Part shown: in pieces, positions 35,925-47,914 of the stretch
Layout: every line of letters starts with the position of its first letter
Numbering within the stretch: the first letter of the stretch is position 1
NCBI GenBank assembly: GCA_002269645.1
Contig: NIVC01004219.1
Location: 1 to 54,327, forward strand
From: Macrostomum lignano
Taxonomy: Eukaryota
Length of the DNA stretch: 54,327 nt
Direction of reading: 5' to 3'
Translations under genes and position numbers: made by a program
Notes under the pieces: model-generated
What the model saw: the letters and a program-made list of their open reading frames with translations, nothing else
What the model was told of the DNA's origin: nothing
The model's database searches: none

Positions 35925-36680
35925 TCCCAGGATAGAGCCTATGATCTCATAGTCTCACCCCTAGATTAGGGCCTGGGATCTCATAGTCTCACACCTACAT
36001 GTAGATTAGAGCATGGGATCTAGGATTTCATAGTCTCACCCATAGACTAGAGCATGGGATATGGGATCTCAAAGTCTCACCCATAGATTAAAGCATGGGA
36101 TATGGGATCTCATAGTCTCACACCTAGATTAGAGCATGGGATCTAGGATTTCATAGTCTCACCCATAGACTAGAGCATGGGATATGGGATCTCAAAGTCT
36201 CACCCATAGATTAAAGCATGGGATATGGGATCTCAAAGTTTCACCCATAGATTAGAGCATGGGATATGGGATCTCAAAGTCTCGCCTATAGATTAGATCA
36301 TGGGATATGGGATCTCAAAGTCTCACCCCTAGAATAAAGCATGGGATCTGGGATCTCATAGTCTCATCCCTAGGCTAGAGCATGAGATTTCAGTCTCATC
36401 TCTTGGTTAGAGCGTTGGATCTCAGTCTCATACCTAGGTTAGAGCATGAGATCTCATAGTCTCATCCCTTGGTTAGAGCATGAGATCTCATAGTCTCATC
36501 CCTTGGTTAGAGCATGAGATCTCATAGTCTCATCCCTTGGTTAGAGCATGAGATCTCATAGTCTCATCCCTTGGTTAGAGCACGGGATCTCATAGTTTCA
36601 CCCCTAGGTTAGAGGCTAGGATCTCATAGTTTTACCCCTAGATTAGAGCGCGAGATCTCATAGTCTCATAGTCTCTCAGA
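35925..36680. repeat. Minisatellite, 34- to 41-bp units (GATCTCATAGTCTCAYCCCTWGRTTAGAGCATG)
   Basis: Two sub-arrays sharing a core. Confidence 0.9.
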
Positions 36681-36883
36681 TTAGAGAATGCAATCCGATT
36701 CATAGATAAAAGCACAGGATCTCCGTGGAGTCCTTGGTTTAGTGTTAGATCTCACCATTCGGGCATCGATAGATTATACTTTAAGCTTAAAAGACACACA
36801 GGAGATAAACGCTTAATTAAGCAACACATATTTAACACACGTCAGAAACTCACTAACAAAAAGTCAATGGTAGCAGGTCTTAC

Positions 36884-37028
36884 CAATAGTGCAAACGATA
36901 ACCAGTTTGCTAATGAAAAGTACAAAGTCGGCCACTTTGTCCACAACGGCTACGCGCACAATATTGCGCAATATGAGAAAGAACGAGTCCCTGGCAGCCG
37001 AGCAGAAGTTCCTACCGTATATGGCGAT
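36884..37028 (-). CDS. SLC44A2: SLC44/CTL2-like exon 9
   Basis: IAIYGRNFCSAARDSFFLILRNIVRVAVVDKVADFVLFISKLVIVCTI. TTCCAG acceptor, GTAAGA donor. Confidence 0.95.
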
Positions 37029-37071
37029 CTGGAATACGAGTTATACTAACTGTTGTAATGGCGTCTTGTAA

Positions 37072-40000
37072 AGCTTCTAGTTTGTAAGGTTTCTAGTTTG
37101 TCAAGCTTCTAGTTTGTCGAGTTCTAGTTTGTCAAGCTTCTAGTTTGTCGAGTTCTAGTTTGTCAAGCTTCTAGTTTGTCAAGTTCTAGTTTGTCAAGTT
37201 TCTAGTTTTTGAGGTTTCTAGTTTGTCAAGTCTCTAGTTTGTGAGGTTTCTAGTTTGTCAAGTTTCTAGTTTTTGAGGTTTCTAGTTTGTCAAGTTTCTA
37301 GTTTTTGAGGCTTCTAGTTTGTCGAGTTCTAGTTTGTCAAGCTTCTAGTTTGTCGAGTTCTAGTTTGTCAAGCTTCTAGTTTGTCAAGTTCTAGTCTGTC
37401 AAGTTCTAGTTTGTCAAGCTTCTAGTTTGTCGAGTTCTAGTCTGTCAAGTTCTAGTTTGTCAAGCTTCTAGTTTGTCGAGTTCTAGTTTGTCGAGTTCTA
37501 GTTTGTCAAGCTTCTAGTTTGTCAAGTTCTAGTTTGTCAAGTTCTAGTTTGTAAAGTTTCTAGTTTTTGAGGTTTCTAGTTTGTCAAGTTTCTAGTTTTT
37601 GAGGTTTCTAGTTTTTCAAGTTCTAGTTTGTCAAATTCTAGTTTATTAAGTTTCTAGTTTTTGAGGTTTCTAGTTTGTCAAGTTCTAGTTTGTCAAGTTC
37701 TAGTTTGTCAAGTTTCTAGTTTTTGAGGTTTCTAGTTTGTCAAGTTCTAGTTTGTCAAGTTTCTAGTTTTTGAGTTTCTAGTTTCTCAAGCTTCTAGTTT
37801 GTCAAGTTTATAGTTTGTCAAGCTTCTAGTTTGGCCAGTTCTAGTTTGTCAAGTTTCTAGTTTGTCAAGCTTCTAGTTTGTCAAGTTCTAGTTTGTCAAG
37901 TTTCTAGTTTGTCGAGTTCTAGTCTGTCAAGTTCTAGTTTGTCAAGCTTCTAGTTTGTCGAGTTCTAGTTTGTCGAGTTCTAGTTTGTCAAGCTTCTAGT
38001 TTGTCAAGTTCTAGTTTGTCAAGTTCTAGTTTGTCAAGTTTCTAGTTTTTGAGGTTTCTAGTTTGTCAAGTTTCTAGTTTGTGAGGTTTCTAGTTTGTCA
38101 AGTTTCTAGTTTTTGAGGTTTCTAGTTTGTCAAGTTTCTAGTTTGTGAGGTTTCTAGTTTGTCAAGCTTCTAGTTTGTCGAGTTCTGGTTTGTCAAGCTT
38201 CTAGTTTGTCAAGCTTCTAGTTTGTCAAGTTCTAGTTTGTCAAGTTCTAGTTTGTCAAGTTCTAGTTTGTTAAGTTCTAGTTTGTCAAGTTTCTATTTTT
38301 TGAGGTTTCTAGTTTGTCAAGTTTCTAGTTTGTGAGGTTTCTAGTTTGTCAAGCTTCTAGTTTGTCGAGTTCTGGTTTGTCAAGCTTCTAGTTTGTCGAG
38401 TTCTAGTTTGTCAAGCTTCTAGTTTGTCAAGTTCTAGTTTGTCAAGTTCTAGTTTGTCAAGTTCTAGTTTGTCAAGTTCTAGTTTGTCAAGTTCTAGTTT
38501 GTCAAGTTTCTAGTTTTTGAGGTTTCTAGTTTGTCAAGTTCTAGTTTGTCAAATTCTAGTTTATCAAGTTTCTAGTTTTTGAGGTTTCTAGTTTGTCAAG
38601 TTTCTAGTTTTTGAGGTTTCTAGTTTGTCAAGTTTCTAGTTTGTGAGGTTTCTAGTTTGTCAAGCTTCTAGTTTGTCGAGTTCTGGTTTGTCAAGCTTCT
38701 AGTTTGTCAAGCTTCTAGTTTGTCAAGTTCTAGTTTGTCAAGTTCTAGTTTGTCAAGTTCTAGTTTGTTAAGTTCTAGTTTGTCAAGTTTCTATTTTTTG
38801 AGGTTTCTAGTTTGTCAAGTTTCTAGTTTGTGAGGTTTCTAGTTTGTCAAGCTTCTAGTTTGTCGAGTTCTGGTTTGTCAAGCTTCTAGTTTGTCGAGTT
38901 CTAGTTTGTCAAGCTTCTAGTTTGTCAAGTTCTAGTTTGTCAAGTTCTAGTTTGTCAAGTTCTAGTTTGTCAAGTTCTAGTTTGTCAAGTTCTAGTTTGT
39001 CAAGTTCTAGTTTGTCAAGTTTCTAGTTTTTGAGGTTTCTAGTTTGTCAAGTTCTAGTTTGTCAAATTCTAGTTTATCAAGTTTCTAGTTTTTGAGGTTT
39101 CTAGTTTGTCAAGTTCTAGTTTGTCAAGTTTCTAGTTTTTGAGGTTTCTAGTTTGTCAAGTTCTAGTTTGTCAAGTTTCTAGTTTGTCAAGTTTATAGTT
39201 TGTCAAGCTTCTAGTTTGTCAAGTTTATAGTTTGTCAAGCTTCTAGTTTGGCAAGTTCTAGTTTGTCAAGTTTCTAGTTTGTCAAGCTTCTAGTTTGTCA
39301 AGTTCTAGTTTGTCAAGTTTCTAGTTTGTCGAGTTCTAGTCTGTCAAGTTCTAGTTTGTCAAGTTCTAGTTTGTCAAGTTTCTAGTTTTTGAGGTTTCTA
39401 GTTTTTGAGGTTTCTAGTTTGTCAAGTTCTAGTTTGTCAAGTTTCTAGTTTTTGAGTTTCTAGTTTCTCAAGCTTCTAGTTTGTCAAGTTTATAGTTTGT
39501 CAAGCTTCTAGTTTGGCAAGTTCTAGTTTGTCAAGTTTCTAGTTTGTCAAGCTTCTAGTTTGTCAAGTTCTAGTTTGTCAAGTTTCTAGTTTGTCGAGTT
39601 CTAGTCTGTCAAGTTCTAGTTTGTCAAGCTTCTAGTTTGTCAAGTTCTAGTTTGTCAAGTTCTAGTTTGTCAAGTTTCTAGTTTTTGAGGTTTCTAGTTT
39701 GTCAAGTTTCTAGTTTGTGAGGTTTCTAGTTTGTCAAGTTTCTAGTTTTTGAGGTTTCTAGTTTGTCAAGTTTCTAGTTTGTCGAGTTCTGGTTTGTCAA
39801 GCTTCTAGTTTGTCGAGTTCTAGTTTGTCAAGCTTCTAGTTTGTCAAGTTCTAGTTTGGCAAGTTCTAGTTTGTCAAGTTTCTAGTTTGTCAAGCTTCTA
39901 GTTTGTCAAGTTCTAGTTTGTCAAGTTTCTAGTTTGTCGAGTTCTAGTCTGTCAAGTTCTAGTTTGTCAAGCTTCTAGTTTGTCAAGTTCTAGTTTGTCA

Positions 40001-40655
40001 AGTTCTAGTTTGTCAAGTTTCTAGTTTTTGAGGTTTCTAGTTTGTCAAGTTTCTAGTTTGTGAGGTTTCTAGTTTGTCAAGTTTCTAGTTTTTGAGGTTT
40101 CTAGTTTGTCAAGTTTCTAGTTTGTCGAGTTCTGGTTTGTCAAGCTTCTAGTTTGTCGAGTTCTAGTTTGTCAAGCTTCTAGTTTGTCAAGTTCTAGTTT
40201 GTCAAGTTCTAGTTTATTAAGTTTCTAGTTTTTGAGGTTTCTAGTTTGTCAAGTTCTAGTTTGTCAAATTCTAGTTTATTAAGTTTCTAGTTTTTGAGGT
40301 TTCTAGTTTGTCAAGTTCTAGTTTGTCAAGTTCTAGTTTGTCAAGTTTCTAGTTTTTGAGGTTTCTAGTTTGTCAAGTTCTAGTTTGTCAAGTTTCTAGT
40401 TTTTGAGTTTCTAGTTTCTCAAGTTTATAGTTTGTCAAGCTTCTAGTTTGTCAAGTTCTAGTTTGTCAAGTTTCTAGTTTGTCAAGCTTCTAGTTTGTCA
40501 AGTTCTAGTTTGTCAAGTTTCTAGTTTTTGAGGTTTCTAGTTTGTCAAGCTTCTAGTTTGTCGAGTTCTAGTTTGTCAAGCTTCTAGTTTGTCGAGTTCT
40601 AGTTTGTCAAGCTTCTAGTTTGTCGAGTTCTAGTTTGTCAAGCTTCTAGTTTGTG
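37072..40655. repeat. 3.6-kb intronic satellite, 15/16-bp unit (TCTAGTTTGTCAAGT)
   Basis: Direct periodicity with repeated variant blocks. Confidence 0.98.
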
Positions 40656-40684
40656 AAAGCGCCCCATTACAATTTTAAGCTCAC

Positions 40685-40883
40685 CAGTATGTAAGCGTTG
40701 CGATTAAGAAATTTCAGACACTTCTCCAGACACCAGAAGCAGCACTTCAGGCACTTGAGAAAGAATTGACCAACTGGATTCTGAGTGTCCTTGAGCTTGT
40801 GATCGAGATACTCCAGCATCACCCTGATCAGCTGCACGATGGAAATTATCAGCGAGCCAAACGCGATGGAGCCCATGTGATAC
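40685..40883 (-). CDS. SLC44A2: SLC44/CTL2-like exon 8
   Basis: [31 protein letters not shown]...[29 protein letters not shown] acceptor, GTGAGC donor. Confidence 0.96.
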
Positions 40884-41019
40884 CTGAAATTTTCATACGA
40901 AGTACATTTGCGTGGCATTCTACGGACAGTAGAAAAAAACTATTAAAAGTGCAGTAGCTAGTGAAGTACATTTAAACTCACTGAGATCACTGAAAGACCA
41001 ATCTGGGTATCTCAGAGAC

Positions 41020-41205
41020 ATATAGGGGTATCACTGAAGCAACTATGGGGTATCACTGAAGCAACTATGGGGGATCACTGAAGCACCTATGGAGTATCAC
41101 TGAAGCACCTATGGAGTATCACTGAAGCACCTATGGGGGATCACTGAAGCACCTATGGTGTATCACTGAAGCACCTATGGGGGATCACTGAAGCACCTAT
41201 GGTGT
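41020..41205. repeat. Minisatellite, 22-bp unit (ATCACTGAAGCACCTATGGRGK)
   Basis: About 8 copies. Confidence 0.92.
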
Positions 41206-41292
41206 ACATAAAGGATAATTGGGGCAGCGGCTCGCTAAAAGAAGCTAAAGGCGGGCCCAAAGTCAACCAGAATAGGAACTCAGAACACGAAC

Positions 41293-41469
41293 CGAATGCA
41301 GCGCCAGAATGAGCTAAGTAGCGGAGTAGCCGGTATGTCGTCAGGCTTCTTAAAAGCAAAGTAATACGAGGCGAAGGCTCCAGCCAGCGTCATCTCGCAC
41401 AGAGCGTCAACAAAGTTAAACAGCCAGAAGAACATGAAGATGTTGAACAACTGCATGTAGGGCCCGAAT
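41293..41469 (-). CDS. SLC44A2: SLC44/CTL2-like exon 7
   Basis: FGPYMQLFNIFMFFWLFNFVDALCEMTLAGAFASYYFAFKKPDDIP. TACTAAC branch point and CAG acceptor. Confidence 0.95.
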
Positions 41470-41563
41470 CTGCGTGTTTTAGTTAGTAATTAGTATACCA
41501 AATTTACAAAACAGAACTGCTACATTACATATTACTGAAAGTAGACACACAGTAAAAACTTAC

Positions 41564-41616
41564 GCGTCATCTCCGTACTTCAAAAAGCGGCACATGGAGC
41601 CCGCAACGTTGGTTGA
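41564..41616 (-). CDS. SLC44A2: SLC44/CTL2-like exon 6 (53 bp)
   Basis: STNVAGSMCRFLKYGDD. TACAG acceptor, GTAAGT donor, phase 0 to 2 fits the neighbours. Confidence 0.88.
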
Positions 41617-41714
41617 CTGTAATAAAGGATAATGCGTGAATTTAGCTGTTTGCTTGCAAAATCGCCTCATCATTGCAAAATTTAAGATATGTAATGATTG
41701 GTATTGCTATAAGA

Positions 41715-42300
41715 GCTGTACATTTCTATGCCAGCTGTACATTGCTATGCCAGCTGTACATTGTTATGCCAACTGTACATTGCTATGCCGACTGTACATT
41801 GCTATGCCAGCTTTACATTGCTATGCCGACTGTACATTGCTATGCCAGCTGTACATTGTTATGCCAACTGTACATTGCTATGCCAGCTGTACATTGTTAT
41901 GCCAACTGTACATTGCTATGCCGACTGTACATTGCTATGCCAGCTTTACATTGTTATGCCAACTGTACATTGCTATGCCAGCTGTACATTGTTATGCCAA
42001 CTGTACATTGCTATGCCGACTGTACATTGCTATGCCAGCTGTACATTGTTATGCCAACTGTACATTGCTATGCCAGCTGTACATTGTTATGCCAACTGTA
42101 CATTGCTATGCCGACTGTACATTGCTATGCCAGCTTTACATTGCTATGCCGACTGTACATTGCTATGCCAGCTTTACATTGTTATGCCAACTGTACATTG
42201 CTATGCCGACTGTACATTGCTATGCCAGCTTTACATTGCTATGCCAGCTGTACATTGCTATGTCAGCTTTACATTGCCATGAGTTGTACATTGCTATGCA
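41715..42300. repeat. Minisatellite, 19-bp unit (CTGTACATTGCTATGCCAG)
   Basis: Explains three spurious Cys-rich repeat ORFs. Confidence 0.96.
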
Positions 42301-42465
42301 GATATTGGGATTCTTCAAAAAAGTTTCACAAAAAGTTCGACAAACTTTCAAGTTCGTTAGTCGCTAAAATATTTCGAGCAGAAAATGGAGACCTACTCGC
42401 AACCAAAACAGTTTCTTAAATATCAAAAGCATATCAATAAAATAAAACGGGCAATCGGAACTCAC

Positions 42466-43088
42466 ATTAGGATTGCACGGAATCAGATGGGTAAGCAAAT
42501 CGTTAATCTTCTGCTTGGCTTCCTCGGTGCTTAGCGAAGTAAAATTCAAGTCCGCGAGAAAAGTCTCATTGTCAATCTGGCGCATCACCGGATCGCCCAA
42601 ACTGCTAATATGGATAGCCGTGATAATGAAGAACACTAACACGCCAAATTGCAGTACAAACGGTAGCAGAGGGAACACCAGACAGGACATCATATGGCCT
42701 AGGCAGTGGCTAGTGTGAGAGATCAAAGCTATGGCAATGCAGATTCGCCGGGCAGCCAGATCAGCAGGAACAGCACAATGATGAACAGACTACCGGACAC
42801 GATAGCTAGAAACAGCCAGGTGCGAGACAGGTGCAAATAATAGCCAAAATCGAAAGTTAGCTTTGTGTTCTTCTCCAACGAATCCGATTGGCCGCGCAAG
42901 ATAATGTACTTGTACACTGTGAAAGCTGTGGCGGCCGCGAATAGCAGTACAAACAGTACTATGGATAGGATTACAATTGGCTTGGCCAGGTAGCGGAGCA
43001 GAAGCACCCATAGCAGACTGACAGCCACAGCTAGCAGGCAGCCACCGACTATCCACTGCCACGACTGCACCACGTCTTCGAATAGCGC
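42466..43088 (-). CDS. SLC44A2: SLC44/CTL2-like exon 5 (contains apparent 1-bp deletion at ~42751)
   Basis: ALFEDVVQSWQWIVGG...LIWL[R]RRICIAIALISHTSHCLGHMM...PCNPN. Length 623 nt, while phase 0-0 needs 624. Confidence 0.9.
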
Positions 43089-43097
43089 CTACGGGGC

Positions 43098-43505
43098 CAG
43101 GGAGATGGCGGTGTGGTTGGGGACTGGCAGGGAGATGGCGGTGTGGTTGGGGACTGGCAGGGAGATGGCGGTGTGGTTGGGGACTGGCAGGGAGATGGCG
43201 GTGTGGCTGGGGACTGGCAGGGAGATGGCGGTGTGGCTGGGGACTGGCAGGGAGATGGCGGTGTAGCTGGGGACTGGCAGGGAGATGGCGGTGTGGCTGG
43301 GGACTGGCAGGGAGATGGCGGTGTGGCTGGGGACTGGCAGGGAGATGGCGGTGTAGCTGGGGACTGGCAGGGAGATGGCGGTGTGGCTGGGGACTGGCAG
43401 GGAGATGGCGGTGTAGCTGGGGACTGGCAGGGATGGCGGTGGCTGGGGACTGGCAGGGAGATGGCGGTGTGGCTGGGGACTGGCAGGGAGATGGCGGTGT
43501 GGCTG
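43098..43505. repeat. Minisatellite, 30-bp unit (GGGAGATGGCGGTGTGGCTGGGGACTGGCA)
   Basis: Fills most of CTL intron 4 and gives the PVPSHTAISL repeat ORF. Confidence 0.96.
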
Positions 43506-43550
43506 AATAAGTTCTAGGTTCTCGAACAGCAACGCAGCAAAAGAGCTCAC

Positions 43551-44043
43551 CTGCAGATAGCTGTACACCTTGATAAACCTAGCCATAGTGTTGGTACCCC
43601 TTCGCACGGTGTCCGCCCCGATACTGCGATTGTTAGCGCTGGTAACATTGTTAGGCAGAGTGGTCATGCTGCTGACAACCCGGCCGCCGACACCCTTCAG
43701 CAGTTTTGGCAGGCAGCGGCCAAGCATGCTCACGGACGGCAGGGTGTAGGGTGCGCACAAGTGATTCTGAACCAGGTCACGGATGCTCAGGGACTGGTAC
43801 TCAGGTTCCATGGCGTTGCGCCCGCCCAGACAGACCATCTTCTCCCGTTCGGCAGCAATTGTTGTTTTGACTGGGCCATTCAAATCGCCGCCAGTCTCAG
43901 CCAGGTGAGCCGGCAACCAGGCCCACATCCTGGTTGGGCAGCTGGCTACGCACACCTGCGGCGTTGGGCAGCCCAGCTGGACTGCGGCCAGGCCCATGCG
44001 GGCGCACACGGTCAGATCGAAGAACACCAGGCGGGTCCGGTTT
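43551..44043 (-). CDS. SLC44A2: SLC44/CTL2-like exon 4 (extracellular loop)
   Basis: NRTRLVFFDL...CPTPQVCVASCP...CAPYTLPS...GRCLP. CCTTAG acceptor, CAG|GTGAGC donor. Confidence 0.93.
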
Positions 44044-44077
44044 CTAAGGATGCGGGAGTGCGGAATGCAAACTGGTG

Positions 44078-44915
44078 CTGTACATTCAGCATGTGAACTG
44101 CTGTACATTCAGCATGTGGACTGCTGTACATTCAGCATGTGAACTGCTGTACATTCAGCATGTGGACTGCTGTACATTCAGCATGTGAACTGCTGTATAT
44201 TCAGTTTGTGAACTGCTGTACATTCAGCATGTGAACTGCTGTACATTCAGCATGTGGACTGCTGTACATTCAGCATGTGAACTGCTGTACATTCAGCATG
44301 TGGACTGCTGTAGATTCAGCATGTGAACTGCTGTATATTCAGTTTGTGGACTGCTGTACATTCAGCATGTAGACTGCTGTACATTCAGCATGTGAACTGC
44401 TGTATATTCAGCATGTGAACTGCTGTATATTCAGTTTGTGGACTGCTGTACATTCAGCATGTGGACTGCTGTACATTCAGCATGTGAACTGCTGTATATT
44501 CAGTTTGTTGACTGCTGTACATTCAGCATGTGGACTGCTGTACATTCAGCATGTGAACTGCTGTATATTCAGTTTGTGGACTGCTGTACATTCAGCATGT
44601 GGACTGCTGTATATTCAGTATGTGGACTGCTGTACATTCAGCACGTGGACTGCTGTACATTCAGCATGTAGACTTCTGTACATTCTGCGATCAGACTGCT
44701 GTACATTCAGCATGTAGACGGCTGTACATTCTGCGATCAGACTGCTGTACATTCAGCATGTAGACTGCTGTACATTCAGCATGTAGACTGCTGTACATTC
44801 AGCATGTAGACTGCTGTACATTCAGCATGTGAGCTGCTGTACATTCAGCATGTAGACTGCTGTACATTCAGCATGTGAGCTGCTGTACATTCTGCGATCA
44901 GACTGCTGTACATTC
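44078..44915. repeat. Minisatellite, 23-bp unit (CTGCTGTACATTCAGCATGTGRA)
   Basis: Direct periodicity. Confidence 0.96.
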
Positions 44916-45423
44916 TTAAATGTCTTTATATCAGTAGCTTCAACAGAAGTTGCTATTTTTTTCTATCGGATAGAGCAAGATAAGTTATCTACAAATCGAG
45001 TTAATGGTTAGTATGGATAGAAGGATATATTAGGGGCAAAAGGGTAGAGAGAAACAGCAGGCTTTTAGTAGAAATAAAGAATACGAGCGCAGCAGTTCGC
45101 AAATAGGCTGCGCAATCAGAGAGGATATAGAAGGGAATGATACTATACCATGCGCATATACTATTTGCCCAGTGGCAGAGTATGGAAACAAGCATATTAT
45201 CGTTGCCGCTTGCACTCGCACCAGTTATAGAAGTGGCGCTCCGACACTACTATATTAATGTTACACACTGAATAATAATAGGCCAAAGCGGAAATGCAGC
45301 CAATGGATTGATAAATTAGACATGGCCTAGCATGAAAATACAGTACAAAATTCCTATCTATAAAGCTGTTGTATACTAATGTACAAATAAAATCGATGCA
45401 TATATATGTATGTGCAAGCTTAC

Positions 45424-45499
45424 TGAACATCGCGGCCGCAGATCTGGCCATTAGAATCAGTTGGATAGATCACGCGCCTGTAGTCGCCTCTGATAAAAG
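45424..45499 (-). CDS. SLC44A2: SLC44/CTL2-like exon 3
   Basis: FIRGDYRRVIYPTDSNGQICGRDV (GDPRKVIYPTDS-type motif). Phases 1 and 2 fit. Confidence 0.94.
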
Positions 45500-45534
45500 C
45501 TGGAAATCAAATCAAATTGTCATCAATCATTAAG

Positions 45535-46005
45535 TCCTTCTTCTGCATGCTACTGACCCAATAAAGTCCTTCTGGGTGCTACTGACCCAATAAAGTCCTT
45601 CTGCATGCTACTGACCCAATAAAGTCCTTCTGGGTGCTACTGACCCAATAAAGTCCTTCTGCATGCTACTGACCCAATAAAGTCCTTATGGGTGCTACTG
45701 ACCCAATAAAGTCCTTATGGGTGCTACTGACCCAATAAAGTCCTTATGGGTGCTACTGACCCAATAGAGTCCTTCTGGGTGCTACTGACCCAATAAAGTC
45801 CTTCTGCATGCTACTGACCCAATAAAGTCCTTATGGGTGCTACTGACCCAATAAAGTCTTCTGCATGCTACTGACCCAATAAAGCCCTTCTGCATGCTAC
45901 TGACCCAATAAAGCCCTTCTGCATGCTACTGACCCAATAAAGCCCTTCTGTATGCTACTGACCCAATAAAGTCCTCCTGGATGCTACTGACCCAATAAAG
46001 TCCTG
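45535..46005. repeat. Minisatellite, 29-bp unit (TGCTACTGACCCAATAAAGTCCTTCTGSR)
   Basis: About 16 copies in CTL intron 2. Confidence 0.95.
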
Positions 46006-46064
46006 TTATCTACTAATTAGAACTAAACCTACTAATTAGAACTAAATCTACAGATACTACTCAC

Positions 46065-46187
46065 CAACAGTGGCAATCAGCAGTAGCAAGATGACACATG
46101 CTACAAAGAGCAGACAACAGACAATGTCAGTGCAGGATCGATTTTCAATTGGTCCTTTGAAGTCTTTGTCGTGGTCTCTGACTTTGT
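46065..46187 (-). CDS. SLC44A2: SLC44/CTL2-like exon 2
   Basis: [27 protein letters not shown], the canonical CTL N-terminal motif. Confidence 0.95.
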
Positions 46188-46264
46188 CTGCAGAGTAGTA
46201 AAACAATTATGAAGTGATGTTTTTCACAAAAACGCAACTTCGAAAAAATATTACAAAGGCTCAC

Positions 46265-46307
46265 TGTATTCAGCTTCATCATCCTTGCAGCATCGACCTT
46301 TTCCCAT
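46265..46307 (-). CDS. SLC44A2: SLC44/CTL2-like exon 1 (start codon)
   Basis: ATG GGA AAA... MGKGRCCKDDEAEY, donor GTGAGC, phase 1. An acceptor 3 nt upstream implies a further 5' UTR exon. Confidence 0.8.
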
Positions 46308-47479
46308 AGTCTTATAGGGGACAGATAAAGTGCCAGACAGATAGCATGCAAATAACCAGTATTTTTATTGTTGTATCAGTCAATAACCATAAAAAGTATA
46401 CTTTTATTTGCATTTTAATGTAAGAGAAATATCAAAGTGCAAGTACTAAGATATGCTTTATTCATTTTCTATAGATAAAAAAGATGATTTATTAATGCTA
46501 CTTTTAACAACACAAAATTTTATGTGCATGTATAAGCCTAAAATAGATCATCATAAACTAAGGCCAAGAACACTAAAATAACCTTATTGACTTAAAGTTT
46601 TTGTTGTGCATTAGAGCTCAGCCTATAGCTTTAGTGCATTATTGCTTCTCTGTCTATGTTGTATATTATATGACTTAAGCTTCACTTAACTTTTGTTCTG
46701 TTACTGTTTAGTTAGTCTATGGCAGTATACCCTTTTTTGCAGAGCTCCCCTCTCAGTTTCATCCCTTTTCCCATTAAGACCACATCTAGAGCTACGCATT
46801 CAAGATTCCTAATTCAACCATCAAATGCAAACAATAACCTTGCATCATTTATCATTTTAATCTAACATTATCATTTTAATCTAACACATATCAGTTTTAG
46901 ACCTAATATAAGCCCACAGACTTACTTTTCCAAATTGTTCAGAATTTAGAACTTGTTTATAATTTTAGATAGCAGCATGGCACAGATTTTTATAGGGCTA
47001 TCTATGTGGAAATTTTCACTAAAAAGGACATCTATGAGACTATAGAATGCTTGAAAGAAATACAACAGCAATGACAGAAATAGTAATGAAACAATTAATT
47101 TGATCTGGCTCTTAGTTGGTTCCTATTTATAGTAAAATTTTATTTACAACAAAATAATAGAGTTTTGAAATCAGGCCTATATGTTTCTAAGAAAATTTGC
47201 CTACTACTCATAAAATAAAAACAAAGTCTATTACATAAACAAGGACAAATATAACACAAGGTAAATAAAATTATTAAATGTTAAATGTTAAAATTAATCC
47301 ATGACACTATCCATGACTTGCACCATATTGAAGCAACTAGGCCTATAGTATAGGCACTAGCAATCTTTGCCTCCCAATGGGAGATATCTAGATAGAATCC
47401 TTGTTCTTTACAAATAACAAATAGACAGTGAAATAAAGCCTTCATAAATAAACAACAGACATTCCCTCTAAAAACAAAA

Positions 47480-47850
47480 CATTCCAAGACAGCAAACATC
47501 CTTAGACAGCATTCAAGCATCAATTCCCAAATAGCAAGCATCCCCAGACTGCAAGCATCTCCTAGATAGCAAGCATCCTTAGACTGCAAGCATCTCCCAG
47601 ATAGCAAGCATCCCCCCAATAGCAAACATCCCCCAGATAGCAAGCATAACCTAACCTAGATACAAAGAGACCTTATAGATATCTAGTAATCCCCTCTCAG
47701 ATAGCAAATACCCTCTACCCCCCCCCCAAGAGCAAGCATTTCCCAATAGCAAGTTACCCCAGTAGCAAGCATCCTTCCAATAGGAAGCATCCCCTAATAA
47801 CAAGCATCCCTCAGATAGCAAGTATCTATCCTTAAATAGCAAGCCTCCAC
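47480..47850. repeat. Degenerate ~19-bp array (AGATAGCAAGCATCCCC)
   Basis: Recurrent TAGCAAGCATCC core. Confidence 0.75.
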
Positions 47851-47914
47851 TAGAGAACAAGTAGCTAGGCCTAGTGCAATAATTTCCTTAGCTTTATAGT
47901 GGCTCCATTTAGTT

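Noticed and set aside
41636-42419. Three Cys-rich repeat ORFs
   Set aside because: A 19-bp array cycling through all frames, antisense within a CTL intron.
45535-46005. About 16 tandem AATAAA signals
   Set aside because: They are on the strand antisense to the CTL gene, so they would not cause premature polyadenylation of it.
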